DNA of 64,000 bases, from positions 343,898 through 407,897 of the forward strand of contig VMGC01000001.1 in NCBI GenBank assembly GCA_007376385.1, given 5' to 3'. Numbering within the stretch: position 1 is the first letter of the stretch; each line of letters opens with the position of its first letter. The notes beneath the pieces were generated by a model. It was not told the DNA's origin. It saw only the letters and a list, made by a program, of their open reading frames with translations, and made no database searches. This DNA is from Parcubacteria group bacterium Gr01-1014_8. GTDB lineage: Bacteria; Patescibacteriota; Minisyncoccia; Phycocordibacterales; UBA2100. The position numbers and the translations under genes are program-made. Of this stretch, positions 9,807 to 17,767 are shown piece after piece.

Positions 9807-10064
9807 TTGCGCCTCGCCGCGAGGCGCTACGACACAGAAAAGTGGCCAAATCTACGGCCGGATCAAGACGGCTATACAACGGGCACGCATGTAATTAGTT
9901 CGAAGCCAAAGGCAGGCGAGCAGGCGAGGGATGAGAGCAAAGTGTCGCATGTATCGGCTGTAGTAACTGCGACCAGCGCTATCGCGCAGATCTCGTCATT
10001 CGCGACAAGTACCATTGAATTTGCGACCAGCACATTCTTCAAACTGCTAGCATGGTTTCAGTAA
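9807..10064 (+). pseudogene. Fragment encoding a diverged copy of the giant protein's C-terminal motif (…EKWPNLRPDQDGYTTGTHVISSKPK… vs …ETWPNIRPDQDGNTEGTHNITSKLP…). Likely a remnant or alternative 3' cassette.
   Basis: Protein-level similarity of ~25 residues to aa ~2890-2915 of ORF 31..8856. The nucleotide sequence is diverged. No upstream N-terminal domain. Confidence 0.35.
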
Positions 10065-10149
10065 ACGATATTTAAAGTTCAAGATGATTTAAAAAATGAA
10101 AAGTCCAAAACAGAGACAGAGATGCAATTCATGAGTATACTTATTGACA

Positions 10150-10707
10150 ATGCGTAAGCGAGATTTCTTCTACATCGCACTTCTCTGCTTTCTGCCTGCA
10201 GCTGCCTTCGCGGTGACCATGACCGTAAACACTGTCGTGACGGGCAATGTAAGTGTAGTCGGAGCGCTCTCGAAGGGTTCCGGTACGTTCATGATTGATC
10301 ACCCGCTTGACCCGAAAAATTCGCTCCTGTACCATTCGTTCCTCGAATCTCCTGACGTCAAGAACATCTACGACGGTGTCGCGAATCTCGACAAGAACGG
10401 AGAGGCCACGATCGCGTTACCAGGTTATTTTCTTGCACTCAACAAGGATTTCAGGTATCTCGCGACATCAATGAGCGGGCCTATGCCGAATCTGCATCTC
10501 ATGCGCGGAGTTCGGAGAGAGTGGTTTGTAGGCGACCCTACATTCAGGATAGCTGGGGGCGTACCGGGCGGCACTATCTCCTGGCAGGTAACGGGTATAC
10601 GCAAGGATCCTCTCATTGTCGCGAATCCTATTATAGTCGAAGTTGAAAAGGGTGCTGAAGCACTGATATTAAAGGGGGAGTGTCTCTTTGAACTCCTTTG
10701 CAGATGA
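10150..10707 (+). CDS. Secreted protein, paralog A of a three-gene family sharing a conserved ~120 aa C-terminal domain (FxIDHPLDP…LYHSF(V/L)ESP(D/E)VKN(I/L/F)YDG…SWQVTGIR(H/K)D)
   Basis: Signal peptide 'MRKRDFFYIALLCFLPAAAFA'. The ATG is the 3rd codon of the listed ORF. The C-terminal domain is alignable with ORFs 10688..12028 and 12019..12750. Confidence 0.7.
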   Translation: MRKRDFFYIALLCFLPAAAFAVTMTVNTVVTGNVSVVGALSKGSGTFMIDHPLDPKNSLLYHSFLESPDVKNIYDGVANLDKNGEATIALPGYFLALNKDFRYLATSMSGPMPNLHLMRGVRREWFVGDPTFRIAGGVPGGTISWQVTGIRKDPLIVANPIIVEVEKGAEALILKGECLFELLCR

Positions 10708-12028
10708 ACATATAATTATCATGCACACAAAACTTTCGACATATTCGTTGTTTTGGTGGGCTCTTGCACTCATCGTCGGCATTTCTTTTTTGCTTGCGCT
10801 TCTCTTTCCTGTAGAGAGATTGTCAGCCGCGCCCACGGTAAAAATCTATCTTGATTCAGGAACATCATTCGTCATCCCCGGAGATTGGAACTCTTCAAAC
10901 AATTCTATCGAAGTTATCGGCGGCGGCGGCGGCGGCGGTACTCCAAGCGCTCTTTGTAGCGCCGGAGGAGGAGGCGGCGCATATTCAAAAGCCGCGAACG
11001 TCTCGCTTACGGCCGGTGCGTCGGTTACCTACGCTATTGGTGATCGCGGTATCGAACAGACGGCAGGGGGTGATACGTATTTTTGTAATTCGACGTTGAA
11101 CTGCGCTTCCATTTCTGGTACTGCCGTGCAGGCAGGTGCGAAGGGCGGAAATGGCGCCAGCGGTGGCACTGGAGGATCTGGCGGTGCATCCGCAAGCGGC
11201 GTTGGAAGCACCAAATTTAGTGGGGGAAATGGCGCCGGAACTGGAAGCAGCACTGGCGGCGGCGGCGGAGGTGCTGCTGGACTAAATGGTGCAGGTAATA
11301 ACGGCTCGGGAACAACTGGCGGTAGTGGCGATGCTGGAAACGGCGGTGCAGGTGGGACCGCAAATAATCCCGGTGGTGCGGGTACCGAATACGATTCTGT
11401 ACACGGTTCCGGCGGAGGCGGTGGCGGAGCAACGGGCGCGGGCGGTGGCGCAGCGGGAGGGAATTTTGGGGGCGCCGGCGGCGGCGGATGCGCATCTGGA
11501 GGCATCGGTAAACGAGGGATGATTGTTCTTACGTACGTTTCGTCTGCGACTCTTACACTTTCCGGAAATGTTAAATTCGCCGGCAATTTAACCATCACTA
11601 GTACTTTAGCAAAAAGCTCCGGCACATTTGTGATTGACCATCCGCTCACGCCGCGCACGCATCTTTTGTACCACTCATTTGTTGAATCACCGGAAGTGAA
11701 GAATCTCTACGACGGTATTGCAAAACTTGACGCGCAGGGCGAGGTAGCAATCGAGCTTCCCGATTATTTTGAAGCACTGAACAAAGATTTCCGCTATCAA
11801 TTCTTTCCTCACTTCGAAGCGATGCCTGGTCTCTATGTGAAGCAAGAAGTGAAGGACAACTCATTCATCATAGCTGGAGGAAAGCCGGGCGGAGAAATAT
11901 CGTGGCAAGTCACGGGTATCCGCCACGATGCGTTTATTCTCGCAAATCCGATTATCGTTGAGGTCCCGAAAACAAACTCGACTGTCGTGCCGAGGGGTAT
12001 GTGTCTGTTTGAGCCGTTATGCAAATGA
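10688..12028 (+). CDS. Secreted/membrane-anchored paralog B. It has a long Gly-rich (GGN repeat) low-complexity middle region and the family C-terminal domain.
   Basis: TM/signal 'LFWWALALIVGISFLLALLF'. About 230 aa of G/A/S/N/T low complexity. C-terminal 'FVIDHPLTPRTHLLYHSFVESPEVKNLYDG…ISWQVTGIRHD'. Overlaps paralog A by 20 nt. Confidence 0.7.
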   Translation: MNSFADEHIIIMHTKLSTYSLFWWALALIVGISFLLALLFPVERLSAAPTVKIYLDSGTSFVIPGDWNSSNNSIEVIGGGGGGGTPSALCSAGGGGGAYSKAANVSLTAGASVTYAIGDRGIEQTAGGDTYFCNSTLNCASISGTAVQAGAKGGNGASGGTGGSGGASASGVGSTKFSGGNGAGTGSSTGGGGGGAAGLNGAGNNGSGTTGGSGDAGNGGAGGTANNPGGAGTEYDSVHGSGGGGGGATGAGGGAAGGNFGGAGGGGCASGGIGKRGMIVLTYVSSATLTLSGNVKFAGNLTITSTLAKSSGTFVIDHPLTPRTHLLYHSFVESPEVKNLYDGIAKLDAQGEVAIELPDYFEALNKDFRYQFFPHFEAMPGLYVKQEVKDNSFIIAGGKPGGEISWQVTGIRHDAFILANPIIVEVPKTNSTVVPRGMCLFEPLCK

Positions 12029-12750
12029 GCGCTGTTCAGAGTGCGACGGTGTGTGGCGTATTGTCACTTGTGTTGGCGATTCTTTTCCCCATGCGAACTT
12101 TCGCGGGCTACGCTGAAAGTGCGTATTACTCGCAGTCGACCTACTACTCGCAGTCGACCTACTACTCGCAGTCGACCTACTATTCACAGGGAACATATGT
12201 GACGACGTTTAGCAATAACGCGACGGCGGGAACTAATTTCACCGTCGCGGGCACGATTAATAAAGGTTCCGGTTCATTCGTCATCGACCATCCGCTCGAT
12301 CCAAAAAATAAGCTGCTCTATCACTCGTTCGTTGAATCTCCTGACGTGAAGAATTTCTACGACGGTATAGCAACGCTCGACACAAAGGGCGAAGCAGTCA
12401 TTCGGCTTCCCGCGTATTTTATGGCACTCAACAAAGAATTTCGGTACCAACTAAAACCCATTGGCGGGCCGCAGCCTGATCTGCACATTAAGGATGAAAT
12501 CTCAGGAAATCGCTTTACGATTGCGGGTGGCGGGCCACGCGGGCGCGTATCGTGGCAGGTCACGGGGATCCGTCATGATCCGTACATCGAAGCGAATCCT
12601 ATCGAGGTCGAGGTAAAAAAAGGTACAGATCCCGAGAAAAGCGTCTTCGTGCTCTATGGAGGGTTTTTGCACGAGGACATTTATCCGCAGACGATCCAAC
12701 CCGCGATATCTACATATATGAGAAAGATACTTAGTTTGTTCGGCAATTGA
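12019..12750 (+). CDS. Secreted paralog C with a (YYSQST)n repeat and the family C-terminal domain
   Basis: Signal peptide. A perfect 18-nt tandem repeat encodes YYSQST x3-4. C-terminal 'FVIDHPLDPKNKLLYHSFVESPDVKNFYDG…VSWQVTGIRHD'. Confidence 0.7.
   Translation: MQMSAVQSATVCGVLSLVLAILFPMRTFAGYAESAYYSQSTYYSQSTYYSQSTYYSQGTYVTTFSNNATAGTNFTVAGTINKGSGSFVIDHPLDPKNKLLYHSFVESPDVKNFYDGIATLDTKGEAVIRLPAYFMALNKEFRYQLKPIGGPQPDLHIKDEISGNRFTIAGGGPRGRVSWQVTGIRHDPYIEANPIEVEVKKGTDPEKSVFVLYGGFLHEDIYPQTIQPAISTYMRKILSLFGN
12124..12195 (+). repeat. 18-nt tandem repeat (tactactcgcagtcgacc) x3 plus degenerate flanking copies, coding YYSQST
   Basis: Direct reading of sequence 12121-12195. Confidence 0.8.
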
Positions 12751-12800
12751 CAGACGACTTATGTAGACATAGAGGAGATGTTATTGCATAGTAGCGCGAT

Positions 12801-13991
12801 ATGAAAAGGTCCACAGTGCTTTACGCCGTGTCCGCTCTTGTTATTGGAGGTTTTCTTGCGTACTGGTTTGTTCCTCTCGGGCCTGCATATTCTGAAGCAA
12901 ATACCATCGCGGATGGAGCATCAAATTTTAAAGAGCTCGCGGCGCGCTTCGGCGATCTCGCTCGCGAAAAGGGAGGAGCATATGCATTCGAGGTGTTGAA
13001 ACGCGCTGAATTGCCGCCGAATACTGACCTGCATTTGTTGGGACATGAGGTCGGAAACATTCTATACGAACAGAAAGGTGTCGATGGTATTGCGGATTGC
13101 ACGCAGGATTTTAGAAACGCCTGCTCGCATGCAATTGTTATCGGCGCTTTGAATGAGTTCGGCGGTGAGGCTGCATTACCTCTCATAAGCGATGCGTGCA
13201 AAAAGGCTCCAGGCGGAAGCGGAGCGTACACGATGTGTTATCACGGACTTGGCCATGGCGTGTTCGCGTTCTACAGCTATGACCTTTCAAAAACCGCTGA
13301 ATTTTGCAGAAAGACCGGGACTCCCGAATACCACGAACGAGAATATGTTGAATGCGTCGGAGGTTCGGTGATGGAATTGATGGGAGGAGGCGGGCATGAT
13401 AGGGAGGCGTGGCTTGCGGCGAGGGAGAAATATCTCGACCCGCATTCACCGCTCTCGCCGTGTATGGACAGCGCTGTGCCGGAAAGAGCGAAAATAATGT
13501 GCCTTACATATCTGACACCTCGTCTGTGGGAATTAGCAGGTATTGATATGGGAAACCCCTCACCTCATATGTTTGCAACTGCGTTCTCGTATTGCGATGC
13601 GATCCCTCGCTCTCGCCCAGAACTTCGCGGTGCCTGCTACGGAGGGTTTGGCAAAGAATTCTTTCCGCTCGTAGCCTCGCGCGATATTCGCGATGATGTA
13701 TCGTATTCAGACAGGCAACTCTCTACCGTCATCGATTGGTGCAGTTTTGCAGGGGATGTCGAAGGAACGTATGCGTGTGTGGGGGATGCGGTTGCGTCCG
13801 CATTCTGGGGTGGGGAGAAAGATCCGAAAACAGCGTTTAGGCTCTGCGGCGCAGCAGATGGAACGTTGCAAGATGCATGTTTCGAACGACTCGCCGATGA
13901 AGTGACGATGTATATGCGAGGAGCAGAGAAAGATGAGCTATGCGCGCAGATCCCCGCACGTCTCGAGACCAAATGTTCAAAAAGTAGTTAG
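12801..13991 (+). CDS. Membrane-anchored Cys/His-rich repeat protein, family member 1 (motifs CSHAIVIG, CYHGLGHGV, CYGGFGKEF)
   Basis: N-terminal TM 'LYAVSALVIGGFLAYWFVPL'. Periodic Cys-x2-(H/G)-G-x-G-(H) repeats. Paralogous to 8 other ORFs in 13-31 kb. Confidence 0.65.
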   Translation: MKRSTVLYAVSALVIGGFLAYWFVPLGPAYSEANTIADGASNFKELAARFGDLAREKGGAYAFEVLKRAELPPNTDLHLLGHEVGNILYEQKGVDGIADCTQDFRNACSHAIVIGALNEFGGEAALPLISDACKKAPGGSGAYTMCYHGLGHGVFAFYSYDLSKTAEFCRKTGTPEYHEREYVECVGGSVMELMGGGGHDREAWLAAREKYLDPHSPLSPCMDSAVPERAKIMCLTYLTPRLWELAGIDMGNPSPHMFATAFSYCDAIPRSRPELRGACYGGFGKEFFPLVASRDIRDDVSYSDRQLSTVIDWCSFAGDVEGTYACVGDAVASAFWGGEKDPKTAFRLCGAADGTLQDACFERLADEVTMYMRGAEKDELCAQIPARLETKCSKSS

Positions 13992-13992
13992 T

Positions 13993-15036
13993 ATGCGGTT
14001 TCTGATGTGGATGGGCGGAGGAGTGCTTGCCGCTCTTTTTTCGTTTTTCCTGTTCCATTCATTGTATGCTGGGGGCGATCTATTCGTGCCGCATGAGTAC
14101 GCACCATTCGAAGAACAACGTGCGTATTGGCAACATCTCATCGAAAAAGAAGGTGCCGAAAACGCTCTCACTGCATTTTCTGTCCGAGTCGGATCATTAT
14201 CTCTGAATACGCAGCATCAATTGGCTCACTCGTTCGGCGCTGCGCTTTTCCAGGCGGAAGGTATTGGTGGCATTTTCATATGCGATGCGCGATATTCGTT
14301 TGGTTGTTTCCATCAGTTCTTAGGAGATGCGATACAGGCGCTTGGTATCGAGCGTGTTCCGGATCTGAACACACGTTGCTTTGATGCGTCATCCGTAAGT
14401 CCCATTTCTTGTACGCACGGCATTGGTCACGGGGTCCTCGCCTCGCTTGGGTATGATGATATAGCTCTCCAAAAAGGGCTCGAGATATGCAAAGGTCTGC
14501 CGGGAACGGAGCCCATTGGAGGATGTTATGGAGGCATTTTTATGGAATACAACGTACGCACAATGCTCGCAGAGCAGGCGACGGTACGAGAGTACGAAGG
14601 AAATGTGTATGCGCCATGCGATTCGCTTGCGGCTGAATTTGTTCAAGGTTGCATATATTGGCAGCCACAATGGTGGCTTGTGACAGTGCTTGATGGGGTC
14701 TCTTCGGAAAAAGCGTATGCGAAAATGGGTTCATATTGCCGAGAATTCGCAAAAACACCGGAGTTATTGCGTGCATGTTTTGAAGGCTTGGGAAATATTG
14801 TCGAAGATGAGGCGGAGTATGAGCCATTGCAGGCGCGGAGGCTTTGTGACGCCGCAGGCGCGGGTACTCTGAGCAGCGTATATTGTCGCTCCGTCGGCGC
14901 GAATCATTTTGGCATTGATGGCGGGGAAGATCAGGCTGTGTTGGTGTGCGAAGATCTTCAAGGAGACAAGAGAGCATATTGTATGGCGTATGCAAAAAAT
15001 GAGATAGGCCTCGCGCCGGAATTACGTGAATTATGA
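13993..15036 (+). CDS. Membrane-anchored Cys/His-rich repeat protein, family member 2 (CFHQFLGD, CTHGIGHGV, CYGGIFME)
   Basis: Start taken at the internal Met 'MRFLMWMGGGVLAALFSFFLF' right after the upstream stop. The listed ORF begins at 13933 overlapping the previous gene. Confidence 0.6.
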   Translation: MRFLMWMGGGVLAALFSFFLFHSLYAGGDLFVPHEYAPFEEQRAYWQHLIEKEGAENALTAFSVRVGSLSLNTQHQLAHSFGAALFQAEGIGGIFICDARYSFGCFHQFLGDAIQALGIERVPDLNTRCFDASSVSPISCTHGIGHGVLASLGYDDIALQKGLEICKGLPGTEPIGGCYGGIFMEYNVRTMLAEQATVREYEGNVYAPCDSLAAEFVQGCIYWQPQWWLVTVLDGVSSEKAYAKMGSYCREFAKTPELLRACFEGLGNIVEDEAEYEPLQARRLCDAAGAGTLSSVYCRSVGANHFGIDGGEDQAVLVCEDLQGDKRAYCMAYAKNEIGLAPELREL

Positions 15037-16166
15037 ACCGTTTATTTCTCGTAGTAATTGTGTTTATAGCGTTCGCTTTTATGGGATGGCAGGTGTGGGG
15101 CGATGTGGACCCATTTGCTGAGTGTACCGGAGTCCATCGCAACGAATGTCTGGGCGCTGTCCTCAAAGAGATGGCAGATGTGCAGGGGATCGCGGCTGCG
15201 TTCGAGTCATTTACAGAACTTTACGACGAGCCGGATTTCACGAAAGATTGCCATCCAATAGTGCACGAAATGGGAAAAGGCGCATATGAGCGGTACAAAC
15301 GAGGAAAACCACTCGAGGCGGTTCATGAACTTTCCTATTGCAGCTACGGTTTTTATCACGGATTTTTGGAAGCCATGGTACCGGATACTGGAGACCCCAA
15401 AAAGGCTCGTGAGTTGTGCGATAAGTTACAAGATGGCGTGACGGACGGCAGATCAGTTATCGGTCCTTGTCTTCATGGTTTTGGTCATGGGGTGACAGAC
15501 GGCACGAGGCCAGAGCGTTGGGGGAGTTTTGAGACCATGTCTGAGCCTTCGCTCGAGATATGTTCGTCTATCGCGCGACGTGATGATGAAAAAATGCTCT
15601 GTGCAGGCGGAGTTTTCAACGCGATCTCTATCATGTCGCTTTACAAGAAAAATGGGCTTGTCATTGATAAGGTGCATCCATACGCTCCGTGCGAGAAGCA
15701 AACAGATGTGCGTGTCCGTGAGGCTTGCTTTCGGAATTTTCACCCGACAGTTTCTCATATAAATCATGAGCATTTTTTGCTTGCAGCGCACCAGGTTGAG
15801 GCATTAGAGAAGGATGCGGATGCAATTCCCGCGATGGAGAACCTTGCGATCTATCAGTCAAGGAGGATGACCGAAGAATACACGGACCCATATATCGCTG
15901 CCTTTTGTCATCGAGTCCAGCCGCGGTTGCAGAACATGTGCGTAGAAGGTTTCGCGGTAGGTTTTCTTATCTTTGGCACACCAGGCGAAGAATATGAACG
16001 CGCTCTCACGTTCTGTCAGAATACCGAACTTCGCGGTGAACACGAGGAGCATTGCCTCAGACGAGTCATACAGTCTTCGAAGCAGCAATATTCAAGGGAC
16101 GTGTATAAAAAAGTATGCATGAAAGTTCCGAGAGCGTTTCAGTACCTTTGCGAAGAACCCGCGTAA
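15033..16166 (+). CDS. Membrane-anchored Cys/His-rich repeat protein, family member 3 (CSYGFYHGF, CLHGFGHGV)
   Basis: N-terminal TM 'LFLVVIVFIAFAFMGWQVW'. Family motifs. 4-nt overlap with the upstream gene. Confidence 0.65.
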   Translation: MNRLFLVVIVFIAFAFMGWQVWGDVDPFAECTGVHRNECLGAVLKEMADVQGIAAAFESFTELYDEPDFTKDCHPIVHEMGKGAYERYKRGKPLEAVHELSYCSYGFYHGFLEAMVPDTGDPKKARELCDKLQDGVTDGRSVIGPCLHGFGHGVTDGTRPERWGSFETMSEPSLEICSSIARRDDEKMLCAGGVFNAISIMSLYKKNGLVIDKVHPYAPCEKQTDVRVREACFRNFHPTVSHINHEHFLLAAHQVEALEKDADAIPAMENLAIYQSRRMTEEYTDPYIAAFCHRVQPRLQNMCVEGFAVGFLIFGTPGEEYERALTFCQNTELRGEHEEHCLRRVIQSSKQQYSRDVYKKVCMKVPRAFQYLCEEPA

Positions 16167-16230
16167 AGAACCCTGCGACAGAAAGCGTGGGGCGTTCTCG
16201 GCGAGTCCGGTAAAGTACGTTCATTCATTT

Positions 16231-17739
16231 TCATCGGACTTCCAACAACCATGACAGTGCGTTATTCGCGTACGCGTCGCATGCGTCTAGCTCTTCGAAT
16301 CCAAGAGCCTTGCAAATGACGTCGTTCTTGAAGCCCGCAAATTCACGCCAGTGTGTCGCACGCATAAAAAGAGCTCCTAGAAGGCAATTTTGTTGGTCGT
16401 TCGATCCTGGGCCCATCTGACATTTTTCTACTACTTCTGAGTCAGTGAGATTCAGCCATGGGAGAGCGGTGTTGAATCCGATGCCAGTGAAGCACTTATC
16501 CCTGAATCGTGATGGGGCGCGGAGGCATCCCTTGATCGACTCTTCGCTGAAATAACCAGGGCTCCAAACGGTGGATTGATTCAAGTAACAGATCTCAAGC
16601 ATTGGATCGTCTCCAGCAAGTTCGAGGGCATCGCACGGAAAATCAGGCCGTGTTTTATCGAGCCATGTTGTCGTATGTCCGCGTACGCCGAATCCAAGGG
16701 TGACGAATACATTTTCCATGAATGCGCCGTGATAGCACATCTTTTTCCCACGTTCGTACGTGACAAGATCGCGGCACTTTTGCAGCGACAAGGGAAGGTC
16801 ATAATTGTGATACACCATGAGCCCATGGCCGATGACGTGCTCGCAGAAGATGCCTCGCAGCGAGTCAGCATTCTCTTTTAAACACCCCGCCGCATACTTT
16901 TTTACGGTCTCATCGTCTCCGACATTTCCAAGTGATGATTCGATGACACCGTGGTAAAAACCGAATTGGCATCTTGTGTCTATCATCTGTTCATCGAGTA
17001 TTGAGAGGCCGTTCAGCGCGTATGCGATACGGCCTAAAAAGTGTGCCTCCGAATGACACTCTCCCACCGCTACCTGCGAACCTGGATTATCCGGACGCTG
17101 TGAAGGATCCATCGAATCCTTGACCAGTTCATCGAGCATTTTTTCGTATCCGAACACGCGCATCCAATATTCGAGTTCAGCGTCAGTCCTGCTCACCTCT
17201 ATCATATTCAATTTTTCCAACACCGATACTCCAGATCTCGGAAAAAATCTGAAATAGAAATGCATCAGCGACGCATGAAATTTTCGAGCAGGAGATAGCG
17301 CCCCATAACGAGGCAGCTCGGATGGATCTCCGCTCCCCGAATCCTTGACTAGTACCGTACCTGAACGTTCCGGGTCCATGTGGTCATGAAAATTCCACGT
17401 TCCTGCTTGTTTGAATTTAAAGCGGAATGATGCGTCTTGCAGCAGTTCGTGGCAAGAATCGAATCCTTTATACGCGTCAGTGCCGCACTCACGGATATCC
17501 GACCCGGGATATTGTGTATGCGTGGGATGTACGTCAGATGCAATCCAATGAGGTTCGGTGTCTTCATTCACGAAAAGGACGCTTTCTCCTTGGACTATCT
17601 CAACCTGCGACGGTTCAAAACCGCTCGCCGTCATGCGAATCGTAGTGTATGTAGTTTCTGCCGAGAGTGTCTGCGGCAGTGCGCAAAGAATTGATAGCAG
17701 GACGAGAGATGCGTTGGAAGCTGCTGTTTTTTTTGTCAT
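16231..17739 (-). CDS. Secreted protein with an N-terminal cupredoxin-like His-cluster domain followed by the Cys/His-rich repeat domain, family member 4 (CQFGFYHGV, CEHVIGHGL, CYHGAFMEN)
   Basis: Signal peptide 'LVLLSILCALPQTLSA'. N-terminal domain '…VHPTHTQYPG…WNFHDHMDPERSGTVLV' is alignable to ORF 26769..27161 and the N-terminus of 28447..29997. Confidence 0.65.
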   Translation of the reverse strand: MTKKTAASNASLVLLSILCALPQTLSAETTYTTIRMTASGFEPSQVEIVQGESVLFVNEDTEPHWIASDVHPTHTQYPGSDIRECGTDAYKGFDSCHELLQDASFRFKFKQAGTWNFHDHMDPERSGTVLVKDSGSGDPSELPRYGALSPARKFHASLMHFYFRFFPRSGVSVLEKLNMIEVSRTDAELEYWMRVFGYEKMLDELVKDSMDPSQRPDNPGSQVAVGECHSEAHFLGRIAYALNGLSILDEQMIDTRCQFGFYHGVIESSLGNVGDDETVKKYAAGCLKENADSLRGIFCEHVIGHGLMVYHNYDLPLSLQKCRDLVTYERGKKMCYHGAFMENVFVTLGFGVRGHTTTWLDKTRPDFPCDALELAGDDPMLEICYLNQSTVWSPGYFSEESIKGCLRAPSRFRDKCFTGIGFNTALPWLNLTDSEVVEKCQMGPGSNDQQNCLLGALFMRATHWREFAGFKNDVICKALGFEELDACDAYANNALSWLLEVR

Positions 17740-17767
17740 CGAACCCTAGTATAGCGGAAGAAGTTTT

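Noticed and set aside
8849-9898. 349-aa plus-strand ORF spanning the RAYT region
   Set aside because: It is antisense to an ORF with clear HUH and Tyr transposase motifs, it runs through all three REP repeats, and it has no recognisable domain. The minus-strand transposase is the real gene.
1-10064. Diversity-generating retroelement acting on the giant protein's C-terminus
   Set aside because: No reverse transcriptase ORF or template/variable repeat pair with adenine-specific mismatches was found. The duplicated C-terminal motif is diverged at all positions, and the neighbour is a Y1 transposase, not an RT.
1-10064. Prophage (giant tail-fibre-like protein)
   Set aside because: There are no capsid, terminase, portal, baseplate or integrase genes in the flanks. 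The flanking genes are cellular, so a cellular surface fibre is more parsimonious.
11029-11658. Pro-rich 209-aa minus-strand ORF (PPPPAPPKFPP…)
   Set aside because: It is the reverse-complement reading of the (GGN)n glycine-rich tract of paralog B, and the sense gene has a signal peptide and conserved C-terminal domain.
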